A stretch of 43,587 nt of DNA from assembly GCA_049969675.1 (NCBI GenBank), contig JBMFOP010000009.1, forward strand, positions 1 through 43,587, written 5' to 3'. Numbering within the stretch: position 1 is the first letter of the stretch; each line of letters opens with the position of its first letter. This DNA is from Myxococcota bacterium (GTDB lineage Bacteria > Myxococcota > SpSt-1050). The notes beneath the pieces are model-generated. The model had not been told where the DNA came from and ran no database searches. It worked only from the letters and a program-made list of their open reading frames with translations. The translations under genes were made by a program, and so were the position numbers. Below, one piece after another: positions 38,306 through 43,587 of this stretch.

Positions 38306-40948
38306 TCAAAAATTGACCGCTATAAAGCCAAAAAATCTTCTCGGGATGGATGAGCCACCAATTATATTGCCAAACAGTTTGAGCCTTGGATATTCTATAT
38401 GCCTTCCATTCTGCAACTTTGAAACATCTGTTGAATTTGCAGAGGAAAAGACGAATCCATCATTCTTTATATCATCACCTGTGCCGAGCAGATTCTCAAC
38501 TCCAAGACCAAATTTTATCTTGTTGAAGAAGAGATAGCTCATATTCATATTGAGGATAAAATAAGCGGGGACATCATTGGTTCCATATGTAGGTTCATTT
38601 GCCGCCATCTCCTGTAACGATTTCTGAACTGTCATTCCACCGAGAGTCAATGTCACCGGCTCACCAGACATATTTGTAATAAAATTCTCTCTGTGTGTCT
38701 TTGAAACGAAATGCCCATATACATTATATCCTAATTTCTTTATTAAGAGATTTAGACCTATATTTGCCTTATGTGTCGGATTCTCTTCACTCACAGTAGG
38801 GAGGTCTTCATCGCTACTAATATTAAGTTTATCCTTTATCCTATCTTTATTCATAAGGTCAATCTTCTGAAATGAATAATTGGCAAAGACTTTGAGATAA
38901 TTTGTAATTTGATAATCAAGTGCAAGTTCAAAGCCATAACTCTGTGCATCAACCAGATTATAGAAGTTGAAGATCTTATTTGCTATATCCGGATCTGCAT
39001 TATTTACATCCAGTGCCTTTACAAAATTCTGAACCGAACCAGAAAAAAGGATCAAACCTTTTAATTGTTCATAAAAGATATCCAGGTTCAGCCTAAACTT
39101 CTTAAAAAATTTACCACCATAACCGAGGTCAACAGTGACTATCTGTTCTGGGTCAAGGTCTCTGTTTCCATAATAATCTATCCCGATCTTTGAGACCGGT
39201 TGCGTTATGGTAATATCCGTCCCACCGAGTGTCGCTTTGAGAGACTTCTCCCCTTCGGGAACGATAACAGTTCGGATATCGGATTCAAAGAAGGCTGGAT
39301 TTCTAAATGCTGTGCCTGCTGCAAGCCTCAGATAGTGTTCATCCAGAGGCAAAAATGTGAATGAGGCGCGTGGTGAGAAGTTGTAACGATTCTCTTCATC
39401 CCTGAGTTCTTTGTTGTGGTCATTTATCTTCTGCATATCAAATCTAATTCCAGCATTCAGGATTATCTGCTTAATTGGCTTATATTCCTCCTGTATAAAT
39501 GCCCCGACAAGGTGCTGGTCAAACTTCTGATAACCTGGTTTTAACTGGTCTGCACTAAAAGTAATAAGCCTATAATTTCCGCCAACTAATAGATTATTAT
39601 TTCTTGAAAAGCTAAAGTTGTTCTGTGCCTCTACATTTACAGTATTGGATACACCATAGACAACTGGCATATCAAACTTCAGACCACTCATATCTACTAG
39701 CGTTCCATTCGGTATGCCAGTGATATTATTCAAGACCAGTGTCTTTGGAAATGGAAAATTTACATCCAGTCCAGCATCGAGATAGTTATACCAGAGAGAG
39801 AGGTTAAACTCCTTTATTGTATAGGTGGAATATGTATAAAGTTGATAGGCATCTACCCCAACGGGGCCAATTAGTGAGAATATCTGCTCAGCAGAAGACC
39901 TTATAAATCCGGACCCAAATCTAATTTTCCCTCTCGTGAGTTTATAATCAACAACCCCATCACCTGAAAAATTCTTTCCATCACTATTGAAACGATCATC
40001 ATAACTGTATATATTCTTAAAAGAGGTTGAGACCCTGTATGAGTAGTTCTCATTTGCATCGCCAGCCTGAAATGTAGAGTATATCCCGTTTTCACCTCCA
40101 GACACATAGAATCTGCTCCCCTTTATATCTTCTCCACCTTTAGTAAATATACTGATAACCCCAGAGAAGGCATTTGCACCATACATAGTGGAGCCCGGAC
40201 CTCTAATCACCTCAATCCTTTTAATGTCATGAACACTTACAGGTAGAAACTCCCAGAATGTCATTCCAAAGAGGTCCACATATACAGACCTGCCATCTAC
40301 CATCGTGAGAATCTTGTTTGAGCCCTCTCTATTAAATCCCCTTATTGATATCTCGGCATCCGTAGGAGTAATCCTCATCATATTCAACCCCGGCACAATC
40401 CTCAGGATATCCGCCAGGGACTCTGAACCATAGTTCTCTATATCCTCCTCAGTTACGATTGAGATAACAGATGGGGATTCAGAGAGCCGCTGCTCTCTTC
40501 TGGATGCCGACACTACCACCTCCTCCTTTGAGAATATCTCAATGGACTCCCACTGAGTCCTGGCAAGATTCTGTTCTTTCATCTTACTCTGTGCCCCCTC
40601 TATAACAGGTATTGCCTGTGGATTGCTCTCCGAGGCAAATACCTCCTGAGTCTGGCCATTAGTATAAGTAACTGTAATATAGTATTCTATGGCAGGGAAT
40701 GTAACCTGCTCTCCGGGTATAACTGCCTCAAAGAGATTACCTGTCTTTGTAGCAAAAACCGACCTGTACGAAATTCCACCTCTCTTCCTGTAATATACCT
40801 TTGAATATTCAATATTTTTATATTCATCTATTGTATAGCTCACCAGAAAATCCCTATCGGGTGGAATTGAGTTTGGAGGTGCATGATTGACAGAGGCAAA
40901 AAGAGAAATACTCAAAAAAAGAAATATCAGACAAAATAAGTATCTCAT
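38306..40948 (-). CDS. TonB-dependent outer membrane receptor with N-terminal extension
   Basis: VVVSASR, plug domain (IKRIEVIRGPGSTMYGANAFSGVI), N.DL.PE, ENL, terminal Phe. Confidence 0.92.
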   Translation of the reverse strand: MRYLFCLIFLFLSISLFASVNHAPPNSIPPDRDFLVSYTIDEYKNIEYSKVYYRKRGGISYRSVFATKTGNLFEAVIPGEQVTFPAIEYYITVTYTNGQTQEVFASESNPQAIPVIEGAQSKMKEQNLARTQWESIEIFSKEEVVVSASRREQRLSESPSVISIVTEEDIENYGSESLADILRIVPGLNMMRITPTDAEISIRGFNREGSNKILTMVDGRSVYVDLFGMTFWEFLPVSVHDIKRIEVIRGPGSTMYGANAFSGVISIFTKGGEDIKGSRFYVSGGENGIYSTFQAGDANENYSYRVSTSFKNIYSYDDRFNSDGKNFSGDGVVDYKLTRGKIRFGSGFIRSSAEQIFSLIGPVGVDAYQLYTYSTYTIKEFNLSLWYNYLDAGLDVNFPFPKTLVLNNITGIPNGTLVDMSGLKFDMPVVYGVSNTVNVEAQNNFSFSRNNNLLVGGNYRLITFSADQLKPGYQKFDQHLVGAFIQEEYKPIKQIILNAGIRFDMQKINDHNKELRDEENRYNFSPRASFTFLPLDEHYLRLAAGTAFRNPAFFESDIRTVIVPEGEKSLKATLGGTDITITQPVSKIGIDYYGNRDLDPEQIVTVDLGYGGKFFKKFRLNLDIFYEQLKGLILFSGSVQNFVKALDVNNADPDIANKIFNFYNLVDAQSYGFELALDYQITNYLKVFANYSFQKIDLMNKDRIKDKLNISSDEDLPTVSEENPTHKANIGLNLLIKKLGYNVYGHFVSKTHRENFITNMSGEPVTLTLGGMTVQKSLQEMAANEPTYGTNDVPAYFILNMNMSYLFFNKIKFGLGVENLLGTGDDIKNDGFVFSSANSTDVSKLQNGRHIEYPRLKLFGNIIGGSSIPRRFFGFIAVNF

Positions 40949-40992
40949 AAACTGACTCTCCTTAAATGATATTGAGTGACATCATAAGATAA

Positions 40993-41053
40993 GTTGACTT
41001 TTTCAATCCTTACTCATTGAGTAACAATTATAGGAAATTGTTGATTTTTTCAA
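40993..41053. promoter_or_regulatory. Operator cluster upstream of the TonB receptor
   Basis: GTTGAYTTTTTCAA at 40993 and 41040 flank the perfect 7-1-7 palindrome TTACTCA-T-TGAGTAA (41010-41024). Confidence 0.55.
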
Positions 41054-41226
41054 ATAAAATCAGAGCGTTGTCAAGGATTTTTGTATATTATTGTGTTTTT
41101 GATTTTTTATTACTGATAGCCACGATTGATATTGTATGTCATATTTAGTTGGGGCCAGCAATATTTGTAGAGTTTATCAAAAACTAAAGCGATTCATATT
41201 CATAAATCCTTTTCTTCAAAATTCAA

Positions 41227-41269
41227 TATCTAATAGGACTAAAATTAAAATCTGTTTTGGACAGATGTG
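41227..41269. repeat. 43-bp dispersed repeat A, copy 2
   Basis: 39/43 identity to 22965-23007; lies 1 nt from the amrS stop. Confidence 0.85.
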
Positions 41270-41270
41270 T

Positions 41271-42305
41271 TCACTTTGAAAATACACCATAAATTCTGTA
41301 TCCACAAAAACTGCATGATGAATTCTTGATATTATCTTCAACCACATCAAATCCGATTCTTCTAATAAGAGGCTTTTTACAATCCGGACAGAATGTATTC
41401 TCTCCTTCATCACCCCAGAGATTTCCGGTATATACAAATCTAAGACCGGCCTTTAATCCGATCTCCCTTCCCCTCCTAATACTTCCAACCGGAGTTGGAG
41501 GAAGATTCATCTGATAATCTGTATGATATCTTGATATATGCCATGGGATATTGGGGCTTATAGAGGAGATAAATTCTGCGATACTCCTCAATTCTTCTTC
41601 TGAATCATTTAATGTTGGAATTAGAAGTGTTGTAATCTCAATATGAATTCCGAGTTCAAAAAATCTCCTGATTGTATTTAAGACTGGTTCAAGCCTGCCC
41701 TTACAGATTTTCTTATAAAAGTCATCAGAGAAGGACTTCAAATCAATATTTGCTGCATCAAGAAGTCCATTTAATTTATCAATCAGTTCATCACTCATAA
41801 AACCATTGGTGACAAAGACATTCTTGATATTTAATCCCTTTCGTTTTATCTCTCTCATAATATCCAGTGCATAATCTGCAAAGATGGTTGGTTCGGTATA
41901 AGTATATGAGATACTATCTGAGCGGTTCTTCTGTGTTATATCAATAATCTCATCGGGTGAATAATAATCTCCATAGATTTTATCATTAGTAGTTGCAGCC
42001 CTCAATTGAGAGATAGAGTAGTTCTGACAATTCTTACAGAAGAGATTACATCCCTGTGTGGCGATGCTGAGTGAACGGGATGAAGGCAGGAAGTGAAAGA
42101 GCGGTTTCTTCTCTATAGGGTCGTTATGAACAGCCACAAGCCAGCCATAATTCAAGGCATATATCTCACTGTCTATATTCCCTCTCACCCCGCAGACTCC
42201 CACCTCTTTCTCTTTAATAATACACCTATGAGGGCACAACGTACATTGAATCTTTCCATCCTCTCTTCTCTCAAAGAATTCTGACTTGTAAAATCTTGAT
42301 TTCAT
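41271..42305 (-). CDS. amrS: AmmeMemoRadiSam system radical SAM enzyme
   Basis: C.LCPH.C, DPIEKKPLFHF.P, CNLFCKNCQN, YTY.EP, NIDLK, C-terminal CPDC...CSFC. Confidence 0.93.
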   Translation of the reverse strand: MKSRFYKSEFFERREDGKIQCTLCPHRCIIKEKEVGVCGVRGNIDSEIYALNYGWLVAVHNDPIEKKPLFHFLPSSRSLSIATQGCNLFCKNCQNYSISQLRAATTNDKIYGDYYSPDEIIDITQKNRSDSISYTYTEPTIFADYALDIMREIKRKGLNIKNVFVTNGFMSDELIDKLNGLLDAANIDLKSFSDDFYKKICKGRLEPVLNTIRRFFELGIHIEITTLLIPTLNDSEEELRSIAEFISSISPNIPWHISRYHTDYQMNLPPTPVGSIRRGREIGLKAGLRFVYTGNLWGDEGENTFCPDCKKPLIRRIGFDVVEDNIKNSSCSFCGYRIYGVFSK

Positions 42306-42449
42306 ATCAATTACCTCTGGATTAATTATATATTATTACAAAGTTCGTTCAAACTAAATTTTTAAACCTTCATGGCTGTCTAACTTTAATACCCCTTAAA
42401 TAAAATTGTCTTTCATCTCTGGTTTATTATTCCTTTTCAATAAGTCCAA

Positions 42450-42474
42450 GTATGGTAAACCCCCTTTGAAATCT
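42450..42474. repeat. 25-bp dispersed repeat B, copy 2
   Basis: 23/25 identity to 22871-22895. Confidence 0.7.
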
Positions 42475-42711
42475 CAGGTGTAGTCATAAACACCAATCCT
42501 CACTATCATAATGTTAATACACTCAAATGGTTGAACTTTCTTTCTAACGGGGATAAGAATTGCTACGAAGTTCTTCCAACAATTAAATCACTCTATTTCT
42601 CTTTCTGTCCTCCCCTCTATCACTGTCTTATAAAACACATCCTTTGAAAATATCTGAAGAATTTTTTACCAATTAAATTATTCCTGCGCCAAATAAAAAT
42701 TTCGTTTAGGC

Positions 42712-42735
42712 AAAAGGGCGGAGCTTTGCTCCGCC
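42712..42735 (-). terminator. Rho-independent terminator-like hairpin
   Basis: Minus strand GGCGGAGC-AAA-GCTCCGCC followed by CTTTT. Confidence 0.75.
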
Positions 42736-42769
42736 TCGTAGGGAGACCTCTCTCTGGAAATGGCGAAGG

Positions 42770-43323
42770 CTACGGTGCGTATTTGAAAAGATAAATATCC
42801 CCACCCCCCCGCACTATTAAATGTGCATCCACCATAATTTATTGGAGAACTACCAGAATCCCAAATCCCAAACACATTCCCACCTGCATCTACTGAGACG
42901 GAATAACCTTCATCCCAATCACTCCCCCCCGAATCTCTTACTCCATAGATGTCCTGGGTCTAAAGTCGTCTCACATCCATTGCTCCACATATTATCACAA
43001 TTGCCATATCCAGAATTACAGACACACCTATTTACATTGCAACTCGCATTGCTTCCGCAGTCTCCACAACTCCCTCCACACCCATCATCCCCACACTCCT
43101 TCCCACTACAATTCGGAATACATACATCTGTTATTACATCCATACCTACATCCCCTATATCTTTCCCACCGGGATAAATACATACCTTATCCCCTCCACA
43201 TATCATACCTGTCGGACAATTCTCATCTGACCTGCACTTAAGACCTCCCATCTCACAACTACACCCATACATTAGACTCATTACAAAAATTATCCCAATT
43301 AATCTCCTTATCAGTCTATACAT
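42770..43323 (-). pseudogene. Cys-rich lipoprotein with a single SBBP-like beta-propeller blade, frameshifted at two G7 tracts
   Basis: Lipobox MYGC, CGDDGCGGSCG repeat, HLWSKRFGG. Removing one G at 42924-42930 and one at 42804-42810 gives GGSDWDEGYSVSVDAGGNVF...AGGGDIYLFKYAP*. Confidence 0.75.
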
Positions 43324-43338
43324 ATTCTCCTCCTTTAT

Positions 43339-43587
43339 CTAAAAGTTTATACCTATCATCAGATTATTTATCCCATATCTCGCCTTTATTCCAGACTTCT
43401 CCTCCCCTTTATCCTCTCCGCTGAGAAACCAACTTATTATCCCTCCACCTATCAATAGACCACCTGTAATATATGATATGTTGGCAATTGTAGCATCCCT
43501 CTTATATTCCTCATCCGCCTTATCCGCCTCTTCTCTGCTCCTCCCCTCATTATCCAATATATCCCTCGCATCAAGCCCATACTTTAC
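43339..43587 (-). CDS. C-terminal part of a membrane/outer-membrane hypothetical protein (runs off the window)
   Basis: Open to the window edge; hydrophobic Gly-rich helix and terminal beta-hairpin ending in Phe. Confidence 0.65.
   Translation of the reverse strand, partial: VKYGLDARDILDNEGRSREEADKADEEYKRDATIANISYITGGLLIGGGIISWFLSGEDKGEEKSGIKARYGINNLMIGINF

Noticed and set aside
911..42284. Numerous short antisense or nested ORFs in the track (e.g. 33500..34000, 30553..31125, 37737..38264, 19039..19446)
   Set aside because: Shadows of well-supported genes, with Ser/Ile/Phe-rich composition typical of reverse frames.
42306..42700. Possible gene or ncRNA in the gap upstream of amrS
   Set aside because: Only short interrupted frames and no convincing structure apart from repeat B.
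42678..43177. ORFs 42678..42875 (-) and 42821..43177 (+) as independent genes
   Set aside because: The first is the shifted continuation of the pseudogene reading into the terminator; the second is its antisense shadow.
1..43587. CRISPR array, rRNA, intact IS/integrase, complete DGR or retron
   Set aside because: No regularly spaced repeat-spacer run, no rRNA-like tract, and no RT, recombinase or full transposase ORF.

Overview
AT-rich bacterial chromosomal window, probably from a Myxococcota/Deltaproteobacteria-like organism. That placement is an inference from the zapA-ssrS-rny-ymdB-tyrS-xseB-dxs synteny, tandem ArsA ATPases, PilZ-like/PEGA proteins and Cys-rich lipoproteins. From left to right: (1) a decayed defence patch with a transposase-like tail and a DNA-methyltransferase fragment joined to a DarT-like tail plus an intact macrodomain; (2) an ArsR-led octaheme tetrathionate reductase / cytochrome b / YeeE / YeeE-rhodanese operon; (3) a long minus-strand run from ribF through two ArsA ATPases to waaA, GT9, lpxK and lpxL; (4) a PEGA protein, two small paralogues, a repeat protein, a Zn-ribbon protein and lon; (5) a scar region with tlpA and a truncated ccdA; (6) tRNA-Gln and tRNA-Glu overlapped by a CDS; (7) zapA, 6S RNA, an unexplained ~140-nt stem-loop, rny, ymdB, tyrS, xseB, a REC protein, dxs and a Pif1-WYL helicase; (8) a 1081-aa Cys-rich lipoprotein, a TonB receptor, AmrS and a doubly frameshifted beta-propeller lipoprotein. 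No CRISPR array, rRNA, intact transposase or reverse transcriptase was seen. All family calls come from motif recognition by eye, without database searches.
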